Part shown: in pieces, positions 8,449 through 17,956 of the stretch
How the letters are laid out: the number at the start of each line of letters is the position of its first letter
Position numbering within the stretch: the stretch's first letter is position 1
Assembly (NCBI GenBank): GCA_036443405.1
Contig: JAZFYD010000122.1
Location: 7,755 to 71,754, forward strand
Source of the DNA: Planctomycetota bacterium
GTDB taxonomy: Bacteria; Planctomycetota; PLA2
Direction of reading: 5' to 3'
DNA length: 64,000 nucleotides
Translations under genes and position numbers: made by a program
The notes under the pieces: generated by a model
What the model was told of the DNA's origin: nothing
Databases searched by the model: none
The model's input: only the letters and a program-made list of their open reading frames with translations

Positions 8449-11400
8449 ATGGATCGGAACGCTCTGCGAGACCACGTTCAGGCTGCGGCGCGCCAATTGG
8501 CGCCACCGTTGGGCGAGGGCACGATCGAGTGGGACTACTCGCGGCTTTCGCGGGCGCTCGGGCTTGTTGGCAAACCGGGCCTGTCGGATCTTCCGCACGG
8601 CGGTGTTTCCGTCTTGGAGCTGGAGGCCAAGGAGTGGGATACGTCGGCGCGTGTTTATGAGGTTTGGGCCGCGGAGCTCGGTTGGGGCTTCACCCGGCTG
8701 AGTGCCCGGCCGACCGCAGTGGTTCCGGATCCGGTTGTGCACTCGCTCGGAGTAGCGTTTGCCGGGAGCGACAGCTTGATCTTCGCGAGGGCGTCGCGCG
8801 CGCGGCGGCCGCGCATCGGGGCCCGAAAGCGCAGCGCGGGTTGTTCGCTGCCGCTTGCGCCGGGGGAGCGTTGGCTGATCGCGTCGGATCGTGTGCGCCG
8901 GAAGTGTCGCGCCACGATCGCGCAGCGCGGGCAGATCGTCTTCATCGATAGCGCCGAGTGGTTGACCGGCGCGTCGGTGAGCAATCTTTCGTATCTGATC
9001 ACGGCGCATACGGCGTGGCGGAACCACATGCTCTCGAGCCCCGCCAAGTGCTACTTCGTGTTCGCCGCCCCGCCGGGTCGCGCGCGGCTCGTACATGCTG
9101 CGCTGGAGGGCTTCGGCATCACGGGCGACATCGGCGGAACGAAGCGGCCGTTCGCCGCGCGTTCGCGTGCAGGCATTTCCCATCGATCCCTGCGCGTCGA
9201 ATCCGAACATATCCTCTCGGCGCTCGAGGAGTCGCCGTTCGCGCTTGGCGCAAAGGACGTTGGCGCGTTGTTCGGCGCAAGCGGAGTACAGGTCTGCCGC
9301 GAGCTGGCGGATTCCGGGTTCGTGTTGCTGCGCACTGAGGCGGGCGAGGAGTGTTTCGTCCCGAATCCCGCGGCGACGGTCGATCTGCCCGAGGCGTCCG
9401 ACCGCGTGCGGCGGGCGTTGTTTCAGCACTATCGTGAGCGGCGCCGGCGGGCGCACGAGCATGTGACGATCGGGGCCCTGGTGTTGGCGCTGCGCATGAA
9501 TGACGCGCCGCGCGCGCAGGCCTGTCTTGGCCGGATCGGTTGCGCGGATGCCGCCTGCATGCCGCACGTACTTCTCGAGGAGATCGAGCAGGGCGTCAAG
9601 CGCATGGGTCTATCGCTGCGAACGGCGGATCACGCGGTGCTGTTCGCCGCGCGCGCACACCTGCGGGACTACGCGGCCGTGCGCGAGCGTGCGAACGAGA
9701 TCACGGCCACGCCGATTGCCAACCATGCCGATCTTGTGCGGTTCGTTCGGATCATGCTGAGTGTCGGCCGCGGCCATCTCGACGCGGCGATGCCGGAGGG
9801 GTTCTGGTCATCGATGACCGCGCCGTCGCTGGACCCGGCGCTGGCCGACAGCACGTTCATCCTCTGCGAGTTGTTCGCGCAGGCGCGCCTGATGACCATC
9901 GAGGAAATCGAAGCGCGTTTCGACGTCGCCAAACGAGCGCTCAAGAACCGGTCCAACGCCCGCGTCAATCGTGAACTGGCCGTGATGCTGAAGCTCGTTC
10001 AGCACCGCGTCGAAGCGGGAATTAGTGCGCGTCACGTTCGGCGCGTCGAGGTCGACGACTCGGACGTTAGCTTAGATCTTGCGCGAACGGTGATCGTCCC
10101 CGCCTACGTGACAACAACGGCGTTGTTCGCGGAACTCCAGGCTCGGGAGTACAGCCCCCGCAAGCCCCTGCCGCCTGAGGGTCGATTCGCCTGTTTGTCC
10201 CTGATGACGGCGGCGCCAGATCTAGCGAACCACATCGTGCAGTTGAGCAGCATGAGTAGGTCTCTCATTATTCGCGGGAGGCGATTCTTGCTTCGGGAAT
10301 TGGGTGACCATCTTGTGTTGTCTCACTTGCGATGCTTCAACCGCAGCGTAGCGAATGCGTTGCAGTTCTCGTTTCAATCGGCTGCCGGTGGGCGTTTGTG
10401 GTCTCGGAGCGCCCTCTCCTTGTTGTTCAATCAGCAGAGAGCCGCCAGATCTGACGGGTTAGAGGCCTCTACGCTCTCTCGCGCTCTACTCTGCGCTGGA
10501 GATATCCAGGGAGCACGTAGATTGCTCGAGAAGGCATGCGAGTCCCCTCGGTACGGTGGTATTTCCGCAGCGGAGGTAATTCAGACGGATGCGATTATCC
10601 AGCGGACAAGCCTCGACTGGGACCGCCTCCGAAGCGCGGCGCCCGTTCATGTCGGGAGGGTGGCGCCTGAGGCGGGCGGACTCTCAGCGAGCGTCGATCT
10701 CTTTCTGGCTGGATGCCGGGCGCTCGTAGCCAGAGAATTCTGCGATTCCGAGGATGCATTCCATCGCTCGGCCGGGATGCTGCGACCGATCGCACTCGGC
10801 GAGGTGCACGCTGTGCGAATGCTCGCGATCCAACACGCGGTCTTGGTGGGCCGACTCCGCCGAATCGTCGAAGGGCTAGGTCACGGTGGACGTCCCATCG
10901 ACTGGGTGCCTCTCGTGCGCAGGCTCTTACGGCCACCATATCTGCTCGAAGGGTCGGCCGATCCGCGGCGATGGTTTCTGGAAAAACTCGACTATCTACA
11001 CCTGTTGGCGGAAGAGCTCGCGCTCCGCTCCCGCTTGGACGAAAGGGGTGCCTTGGGCCTGGCCGCGTTGCTCTGGGAGGTATCAGGGACCGCCATCCAA
11101 GAGTCAGGCCGGGACCTGTTCGGCGTGTGGAAGAGTGTGGCCCCGGCGTTTCACTCGGCCGTGGCCCGCGCCCTCGACTCGACCGGGAAAAACACGGCTG
11201 GCATGATCTCGTATTCCGCATCGACTCTGCGAATTCTGAGCGAGGACCGTCTGTTGGATCCTTCGGCGTCACGCGGCCGCATGTTCGACTTGGTCCCGCA
11301 GATGTACCTGGTGCCGGGGGAGTCCGCTAGCCGGCGCGCGAGACGGCTCGACGAAACGTGGCCGGATGACGCCGTGTTGTTCGAACTCGCGCAGCGCGCG

Positions 11401-12534
11401 CAGCACGACCGGCTCCGTTCCCGGCGGCTGACGCTCGGAGGCCATCTCGGGACGCAGGTCGTGCATGGTGATGTGGAAGTGCGTCTCGATCCGCTCTCGG
11501 GCGATCGAGTGAAGATCGAGGTGCGGGAGTTGCGCCACGTTGCGCCCGCGCCAAGCTCCGCGGCGCGAGCGAGCCCGCGCCAAATCTGTGAATCCCCCGC
11601 GTATCTCGAGTTTCTGCGGGAGCTGCGAGTGGCCGCCCAGGTGGAAACAGCGGTTCTCTGCTCCGGTGAAACGGGTTCCGGGAAAGAGTACGCGGCGCGC
11701 ATGATCCACCGCATGTCGGCGAGAGCGGACGATCCGTTCGTACCCGTGGACTGTGGGTCCCTGGCCGAGTCGGTCGTCGAGGTGGAGTTGTTTGGGTGCA
11801 AGAGGGGCGCTTTCACCGGGGCGGAGGAAAGATCCGGGCTGATCGGTCAGGCCGATGGCGCGACGCTGTTTCTCGACCGCGTGGAGTCCATGTCGCCGCG
11901 TGTCCAGGTCATCCTGTTGCGGGTTTTGGAAAGCGGCGAGTACCGAAGAGTCGGAGGCGAGAAGGTCCGCCGGTCGGATTTTCGCGTCATCGCGGGCACG
12001 TCCGAAAAGCTCCATGAGCTCGTGGCCGACGGCCGGTTCCGTCTTGATCTGTACTACCGGCTCGGTGCGATGCATCTCCGTGTTCCGCCACTTCGCGAAC
12101 GTGAAAACGACGCGGCGGCCCTCGCGCGCCACTTTGCGGTCTCATCGGGCAAGCGCCTGACCGGCGAAGCGTGCCGGTTCATTTTGTCGCAACCGTGGCC
12201 GGGCAATGTGCGTCAGCTCAAGGGCTGCATCGAGGTGAGTGCCGCGCTCGCCGAAACCGGGTTGATCGGGCCCGACACGATCAAGGCGGCGCTTGACATG
12301 GGCGGACCCCGTTCGCGACCCGAAGACGCCAAACGGGATCCCGCGGAGTTGGCCTACCGCGCAGCCGCCGAGACGCTTGGTTCCGGCACCCTGTTCGAAA
12401 CGGCGGATTTCGCGCGTGTTGCGGAGGTCTCGCGACGTTCCGCGCAGCGGCACCTAAGGGCCCTGGCCCGGGCCGGCTTGGTGGTCCGCATCGGCGCGGG
12501 CCGGGGGACACGCTATCGCATCGCTACCGGGTGA
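8449..12534 (+). CDS. Giant sigma54-dependent enhancer-binding protein (AAA+ plus C-terminal winged HTH)
   Basis: GETGSGKE, ELFG, GAFTGA, TLFLDR, FRLDLYYRL, WPGNVRQL; C-terminal VSRRSAQRHLRALARAGLV..GAGRGTRY. Start chosen at ATG 8449 (GGAGG upstream); frame is open from 8392. Confidence 0.88.
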   Translation: MDRNALRDHVQAAARQLAPPLGEGTIEWDYSRLSRALGLVGKPGLSDLPHGGVSVLELEAKEWDTSARVYEVWAAELGWGFTRLSARPTAVVPDPVVHSLGVAFAGSDSLIFARASRARRPRIGARKRSAGCSLPLAPGERWLIASDRVRRKCRATIAQRGQIVFIDSAEWLTGASVSNLSYLITAHTAWRNHMLSSPAKCYFVFAAPPGRARLVHAALEGFGITGDIGGTKRPFAARSRAGISHRSLRVESEHILSALEESPFALGAKDVGALFGASGVQVCRELADSGFVLLRTEAGEECFVPNPAATVDLPEASDRVRRALFQHYRERRRRAHEHVTIGALVLALRMNDAPRAQACLGRIGCADAACMPHVLLEEIEQGVKRMGLSLRTADHAVLFAARAHLRDYAAVRERANEITATPIANHADLVRFVRIMLSVGRGHLDAAMPEGFWSSMTAPSLDPALADSTFILCELFAQARLMTIEEIEARFDVAKRALKNRSNARVNRELAVMLKLVQHRVEAGISARHVRRVEVDDSDVSLDLARTVIVPAYVTTTALFAELQAREYSPRKPLPPEGRFACLSLMTAAPDLANHIVQLSSMSRSLIIRGRRFLLRELGDHLVLSHLRCFNRSVANALQFSFQSAAGGRLWSRSALSLLFNQQRAARSDGLEASTLSRALLCAGDIQGARRLLEKACESPRYGGISAAEVIQTDAIIQRTSLDWDRLRSAAPVHVGRVAPEAGGLSASVDLFLAGCRALVAREFCDSEDAFHRSAGMLRPIALGEVHAVRMLAIQHAVLVGRLRRIVEGLGHGGRPIDWVPLVRRLLRPPYLLEGSADPRRWFLEKLDYLHLLAEELALRSRLDERGALGLAALLWEVSGTAIQESGRDLFGVWKSVAPAFHSAVARALDSTGKNTAGMISYSASTLRILSEDRLLDPSASRGRMFDLVPQMYLVPGESASRRARRLDETWPDDAVLFELAQRAQHDRLRSRRLTLGGHLGTQVVHGDVEVRLDPLSGDRVKIEVRELRHVAPAPSSAARASPRQICESPAYLEFLRELRVAAQVETAVLCSGETGSGKEYAARMIHRMSARADDPFVPVDCGSLAESVVEVELFGCKRGAFTGAEERSGLIGQADGATLFLDRVESMSPRVQVILLRVLESGEYRRVGGEKVRRSDFRVIAGTSEKLHELVADGRFRLDLYYRLGAMHLRVPPLRERENDAAALARHFAVSSGKRLTGEACRFILSQPWPGNVRQLKGCIEVSAALAETGLIGPDTIKAALDMGGPRSRPEDAKRDPAELAYRAAAETLGSGTLFETADFARVAEVSRRSAQRHLRALARAGLVVRIGAGRGTRYRIATG

Positions 12535-12604
12535 TGGGTCGACGTGGAGCGTGTTTGCGTCTCAAGCGGAGACGTGAGCCGAAGTGACGGAATCACTCAG
12601 TTGA

Positions 12605-15600
12605 ATGCCGCTAGATGTCGATACCGGGGCAGTGGATCCTAGGGAAAAAGGGGAATTCCGGTCGCTTCTGCCCCCTCGTTACGAGCTGACCAAGGTCCTG
12701 TCGTCGAGGCGCGGCGATGCGACGCTCCTCGTGTCGGATCAGGGTGTGCGCAGTTGCACCGCGGTTGTGAAATTGCAGCGGCTTCCACAATCGACGGGTG
12801 AGGACGAGATCTTCGCCTTCTCGCGTTTCGCGGAGCGTCTTTCTTCCATTCGAAATCCACACGTCGGGGTCCCGTACGCCTACGGCACCTGCCGGTCGTC
12901 CGATGGGGACGTCTACGGCTACACCGTCCGTGAGCACATTCGGGGCACCACGCTCGCCGCGCTGCCCGCCCCGGTCGACGACGACTCGCTCACAACGATC
13001 GCGCACCAGGTGTGCCGCGGTCTGGCGGCGATGCACGATGTCGGCATCTATCACTTTGATCTGAAACCTCAAAACGTCATCGCGCGCCGCTCGCGATCCG
13101 GTGTGGACCGTTTGAGTCAGTGCGTGATCATCGATGTCACGTATCGTCCGCAAGGGGTGGCGGAGGATGCGGCGCTCAACGACGTCACGCTTCAGTACAT
13201 CGCGCCCGAATTGGCCAGCGGCGGCGATGCGAGCCGGCGGTCGGATCTGTTCTCGCTGGGTGTCTTGCTATACACCGCCCTCTCGAGTCAAAAGCCCTTT
13301 CCGGGGTCCTCCGTATCCGAGGTCATCCGCCGACAAAAAGACCGCGCATACGTGCCTATCGCCGAGGTCGCGCCGCATGCCGACGACCAACTGCGGGCGC
13401 TCATCGAGCGCCTACTCGAACCCTATCCGGAGAACCGGCCCGGATCCGCGCAGGAAGTAATCGCGCATCTGTCCGAGCTGGGTCTGGAAGCGGCGCCGAT
13501 CTCCGGGGCCCCTTACCGCGCGCCGGTTCTTCTCGGCCGCTCGGAGGAACTCGCCGCGGTCACGCGCGATCTCGATGCCGGCAAGGCTCTCTTGGCGGTC
13601 ACGGCCCCGAGGCAGGGCGGCGTCACGGCGTTTCTGCGGGAGTTGCAGGATTCGGTCGAGAGTCACGGCCGAATCGTGCTCACCGCGGCTCCCGGCGCGA
13701 CAACGGGTCGGTCACTGCCGGAGCAACTGTATGCTCCCGTGCATGAACTCCTGCGGCGCCGTTCTTCCGAACTCGAGGCCGTCGGTTCCGCGAGTGCGCC
13801 GCGCCCGGCGCTCAGCACGACGGAGTTGCTCGATGATCTTCTCGCGGCCGCTCGCGACCACAGGATCGTTCTGTTCGTGGACGACATCGAGCTGTGCGAT
13901 GAACGCGAGGCGGCGTTCCTGAACCGTGTCGTCCGCCAGGCGCGGGCGACGAACTCGTCGGGGCAAGGGCACTGCCAGGTTGTGATCGGCGGGCGGACCG
14001 GCGCCGGAACCGCTCGGATCTGCGAACCCGACTCGGAAACAGGCCTGAAGCCGCTGACGGCCGACACTCTCTGCGCTCTGATCGTGCTCGAAAACACGAC
14101 ACTTCGGCGGAGCGAGGTCGAACTGGCCGCTTCGGAACTCGGTGGTCGGCCGGGTGCCGTGCTGGAGTTGGTCGCGCGTCTCGAAGGCATCGATCCTGCT
14201 GATCGCGTCGCCAAAATCCACGAGTTCGCGCGCAGCGGAAATCGGGACGCGGTCGCCTCGTACTTGGCGCCGGCGTCGCACAAGGAGTGGTCCGACGCCA
14301 TCATCGCGCTCGCGCTTTGGGGCGACAAACTGACGACCGACGAGTGGGGCTACCTCCGCACGCGCCTCGCTCCGCGCGCCGGCGAGGGGCCGCCGCCGGA
14401 CCGCGTCCGCGTGAGCGAGGATGGCGTGCGCGCATGCGGAGTGAACGTGCAGCGGGCCCTTGTGAAGGCGCTGCCCGACTGGCGGCGCAGCAAGATCGTC
14501 GAGGCTCTTCTGGATGCAGTCCGGCCCCGTTGGCGCATGCGTTCGCTGGAACGGTTGGCGCCGTTGGTCCGGTTTGTCGCCCAGCTGAACTCGATTCCCG
14601 ACCGGATCCGCTGGCCGCTTTGCCGCGCGATGTTTCTTCTCGCCGGTCAGAGGCGGTTTGCGGAGATACGCTCGGTGTGCGCCGGCGTGGGCGCGCGCGA
14701 TGGTGCGCCGTCTTGGGTAGCCGCCTTCGGCGCGTTCACCGACGACTCGGCGTCTGCGTCCGATGCCGGCCTTCCGGCCGGGGAGCCGTGGGGCATCTTC
14801 CGCGATTGGATCGTTGCGCGTCGCCACCGGCGCACGCGACACAATTCCGAGGCCATGCAGGCAGTGAGCCGGTCGGTCCGCAGCGATCTATCTCGTATCC
14901 CCAGCCGAGTCCTCGAGGAGTTTGGAACGCTGGCGGCGGATATGGGCGATTTGGATGACGCGAAGAGGGCGCTTCGCGCAATTCTGGAGCGGCTGGCGGC
15001 GTGGTCGAAGGCGGCAAACGTGCCAAGTCTTCGCGAGCTGCTTCGCGCGCCCGTGACCGTCGCGGGTCCGGTGGCGAGGACCCTGGCCCGCTACTACCGC
15101 GTCCGTGCTCGCGTGCAGGAGACACGTTCACGTTTTGGCTTGGCGGCCAAGTGCAGCCGTCGCGAGCGGCGCCTTCATTCCCTTCAGCGCAACCGGGCGG
15201 AGGAGGCGGCGTGTCTCAACAACGAGGCAATCGCATTGATCCGTGGCGGACGCTTTCATGACGCGGCTGGCGTCCTCACTACTTGTGTTCGGCTCCGCGA
15301 AGGCCTGGAGGACGAACGCGGGCTTGTCGCTGCGCTCAACAATCTTGCGTTCGCGTACTCGGAGGCTGCACAGTTGAGCGATGCCGCCAGTGCGCTCAAT
15401 CGCGCACGCGTGGTGGCGACCAGAAACGGTCTGCTGCGACATCGCAACACTTCGATGCTCCATCTAGGCTCGACATACATGCAGAGTGGCCGGCTACGAG
15501 ACGCGCGCCGCGTATTCTCGCGACTCGCGAAGATGTGTGTTGATCACGACGACGCGCGCGCTAGGGCCCTACTCAATTCGGCGCTTCTCGCGCTGGATGG

Positions 15601-17596
15601 TTGGCACCTCACCATCGCGGAGCGGCGTGTCGTCGCGCTCAAGGAGTTCTTGGGGAACGCATTAGGCATCGGCCCGGATGTCTGCGCGCACGCCGTGGAG
15701 GCAGAGATCGCGTATCGGACGGCCGATCGTGCGCGACTTCGTGACATCTTGGCAAGCGCGTCGCCGGACGACTCCAATCTGGACCACTACCGCGATTACC
15801 TTGGGGATACTGTCGTCAGCGCACGTGGATGGGACCGACTCGCCCGGGTGCGCCGCGCGGGCCGGAGGTCTCCGCATCGGACGGCGGCCTCGCTCGAGCG
15901 GCTCTTTTTCGTGGCGCGCGGGCGCGGCGTGCAACGCGCCGTCTTGGAGCGGGTTCTCGCTGCGCTTAAATCTGCCCGCACGATGACCGACGACGACGTT
16001 CGGGTCGCACTTGCGTGCATCGATCATCCGGAATTCAAGGACGGCCACGACGATCTCCATATTGGGATCCGTGCCCTCGTCGCCAAGACCCTGCTCCAGC
16101 AGGACAGGGCTCGCGAGGCGTGGGGCCTGCTCGAAGACGCGCTGCGGCGGTTCCGGCGGTTTGAAAAGAAGATCGACCGCTGGGGGGGAGACACCTGCGT
16201 TCTTCGCGATACGCACGCTCTTTTGGCCCAAGCGATCGGGAACACACCTGGCGACCGCAGCAAGTGGGGCGGCCGGAGCCTTCAGCTTCGCGCCGCGGCG
16301 TTTGATGCGATGGTCGCGAGCAGGGGCTCCGGCACGTCGGTGCGCCATCGTGAGCTTGGCCTCGTGGCGGGCATCAACGCGGCCCTGAGCGTGGTCGAGG
16401 ACTCGGAGGCGATGCGGGGCGCGCTCCTGCAGAGCGCAACCAAGTTTGTCGGTGCGCAGCGAGGCGTGCTCGTCGGTGTGGCCGAAGGCGAGCCCGTCGT
16501 CCGAGCAAGCTACGCGGTCGCCGATGTTAGTCACTCGGAAGGGATCAGCTGGTCCATCGTGAACCACGTTCTCGCTGCCGGAGAACGGGCGGTCTACAAC
16601 GACGCGCTCGCGTCCGAGGAGCTGGCGAGCCATCGGAGCATCGCGGCGCTTCATCTCCGATCCGTGATCTGCGTGCCGATTTTCCACGGCGAAGTGATTT
16701 CAGGTGCTCTCTACCTCGACCACCGCGGCATCGCGGGGTTGTTCGGGACCGGTGATGTGGAGCCTCTCGAGTGTGTGGCGAGGTTGCTCGCGCTCGAACT
16801 GGATCGAGCGTCCAAATGCAAGGACCACGAGGCGATCGAGCGGCAGCTCGAGGAGGCGCACCGGCATTTGCTCCGCACGGAGCGCAGCCGCGTCGTCGGC
16901 CAGGTCGCCGGTGGGGTCGTCCACGATCTCAAAAACCTCCTCGCGACGGTCATTGCGCGAGCCCAGATGGCGGCACAGGCCGAAAGCCAGGAACGAGTGC
17001 GGCACTCCCTTCGGGCCATCGAACAGGCCGCGCGGAACGGGGCCGACGTTTTGGCGAAACTTCAGGAGTGCTCCAGGGACCACTCCCGTGTTCCGAGCGC
17101 ACCCGTCGACATCGGGCAGATCGCCCGGGAAGCGGCGGAACTTCTCCGGCCGCAGGTCGCGACCGCGAAAGAGGAGGTGCGGCTCGAGCTCGAAACGGCG
17201 GATGACTGTGAAGTCACGGGCGTCTCCGGCGAGTATCGCGAGCTCTTCTTGAACCTGATGAACAACGCGCTCGATGCGATGACCGGTGGCGGAGTGTTGC
17301 GGGTCCAGGTCAAACGCGTCGGCGATGACGTGAGCATCGAGGTCGCGGATACCGGGGTTGGGATGAACGAACAGGAGCTCGCCCGCGTATTCGAGCCGTT
17401 TTATTCGACAAAGGGCGCTGGTGGCACCGGCCTCGGCCTCGCGATTGTGAGAAAAGTCGTTATTCGCGACGCGGGTACCATCGACGTCGATTCAAAGCCC
17501 GGTGTGGGTACGACATTCAGCATCCTGGTCCCCGCCTGTCGTGACCAAGAATCACGCCCCGCAGCAATTCCGCGGGGCGTGATTGAGCAGGGTTAG
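12605..17596 (+). CDS. Multidomain sensor: Ser/Thr kinase-like, STAND-type ATPase-like, TPR, GAF, histidine kinase
   Basis: HFDLKPQN, YIAPE, SDLFSLG; LLGRSEEL, LFVDD; TPR-like AACLNNEA and AALNNLA; GAF LRSVICVPI..GALYLD; VVHDLKNLL, NLMNNALDAM, DTGVGM, FEPFYSTK, GTGLGL. Confidence 0.9.
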   Translation: MPLDVDTGAVDPREKGEFRSLLPPRYELTKVLSSRRGDATLLVSDQGVRSCTAVVKLQRLPQSTGEDEIFAFSRFAERLSSIRNPHVGVPYAYGTCRSSDGDVYGYTVREHIRGTTLAALPAPVDDDSLTTIAHQVCRGLAAMHDVGIYHFDLKPQNVIARRSRSGVDRLSQCVIIDVTYRPQGVAEDAALNDVTLQYIAPELASGGDASRRSDLFSLGVLLYTALSSQKPFPGSSVSEVIRRQKDRAYVPIAEVAPHADDQLRALIERLLEPYPENRPGSAQEVIAHLSELGLEAAPISGAPYRAPVLLGRSEELAAVTRDLDAGKALLAVTAPRQGGVTAFLRELQDSVESHGRIVLTAAPGATTGRSLPEQLYAPVHELLRRRSSELEAVGSASAPRPALSTTELLDDLLAAARDHRIVLFVDDIELCDEREAAFLNRVVRQARATNSSGQGHCQVVIGGRTGAGTARICEPDSETGLKPLTADTLCALIVLENTTLRRSEVELAASELGGRPGAVLELVARLEGIDPADRVAKIHEFARSGNRDAVASYLAPASHKEWSDAIIALALWGDKLTTDEWGYLRTRLAPRAGEGPPPDRVRVSEDGVRACGVNVQRALVKALPDWRRSKIVEALLDAVRPRWRMRSLERLAPLVRFVAQLNSIPDRIRWPLCRAMFLLAGQRRFAEIRSVCAGVGARDGAPSWVAAFGAFTDDSASASDAGLPAGEPWGIFRDWIVARRHRRTRHNSEAMQAVSRSVRSDLSRIPSRVLEEFGTLAADMGDLDDAKRALRAILERLAAWSKAANVPSLRELLRAPVTVAGPVARTLARYYRVRARVQETRSRFGLAAKCSRRERRLHSLQRNRAEEAACLNNEAIALIRGGRFHDAAGVLTTCVRLREGLEDERGLVAALNNLAFAYSEAAQLSDAASALNRARVVATRNGLLRHRNTSMLHLGSTYMQSGRLRDARRVFSRLAKMCVDHDDARARALLNSALLALDGWHLTIAERRVVALKEFLGNALGIGPDVCAHAVEAEIAYRTADRARLRDILASASPDDSNLDHYRDYLGDTVVSARGWDRLARVRRAGRRSPHRTAASLERLFFVARGRGVQRAVLERVLAALKSARTMTDDDVRVALACIDHPEFKDGHDDLHIGIRALVAKTLLQQDRAREAWGLLEDALRRFRRFEKKIDRWGGDTCVLRDTHALLAQAIGNTPGDRSKWGGRSLQLRAAAFDAMVASRGSGTSVRHRELGLVAGINAALSVVEDSEAMRGALLQSATKFVGAQRGVLVGVAEGEPVVRASYAVADVSHSEGISWSIVNHVLAAGERAVYNDALASEELASHRSIAALHLRSVICVPIFHGEVISGALYLDHRGIAGLFGTGDVEPLECVARLLALELDRASKCKDHEAIERQLEEAHRHLLRTERSRVVGQVAGGVVHDLKNLLATVIARAQMAAQAESQERVRHSLRAIEQAARNGADVLAKLQECSRDHSRVPSAPVDIGQIAREAAELLRPQVATAKEEVRLELETADDCEVTGVSGEYRELFLNLMNNALDAMTGGGVLRVQVKRVGDDVSIEVADTGVGMNEQELARVFEPFYSTKGAGGTGLGLAIVRKVVIRDAGTIDVDSKPGVGTTFSILVPACRDQESRPAAIPRGVIEQG

Positions 17597-17614
17597 CGTG
17601 TGCCCGGCGAGCGG

Positions 17615-17956
17615 CTAGTCGTGCACTAATTCGCCGCCGAGGCCCATGCTCGCCAGCAGGTCACCGTTAGGCGAGACAACGTCGATGCGATCGAGCGAGG
17701 CGCCGGCCGGGAAAGAGATCCACGCGGTGCCGGTGATCGGATCGAGGAAGGCGACGTCGCAGTCGAACTCCTCGCCGTTGGCCACCGACACGGCGACGAC
17801 AGTCGAGCCCGCGGGGTGTCCCGGGCTCGAGACGTGGAAATAGGTTCCCGACTCGTCCGAGACCTTCTCCAGGACCTCGATCCCCGATGCGGCGTACACG
17901 GTGCCGGCGGTCAGAAACAAGCCAAGTGCGAGCAGCCTTGTCATCCTGTTCTTCAT
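17615..17956 (-). CDS. Small secreted protein (113 aa)
   Basis: AAGGAGAG RBS; Sec signal MKNRMTRLLALGLFLTAGTVYA; beta-rich mature region ending GLGGELVHD. Confidence 0.8.
   Translation of the reverse strand: MKNRMTRLLALGLFLTAGTVYAASGIEVLEKVSDESGTYFHVSSPGHPAGSTVVAVSVANGEEFDCDVAFLDPITGTAWISFPAGASLDRIDVVSPNGDLLASMGLGGELVHD

Noticed and set aside
8449-17596. Anti-phage (Avs/STAND) defence interpretation
   Set aside because: Outputs are sigma54 AAA+ and HisK rather than nuclease, TIR or SIR2 effectors, the P-loop is degenerate, and there is no defence-island context; not fully excluded.
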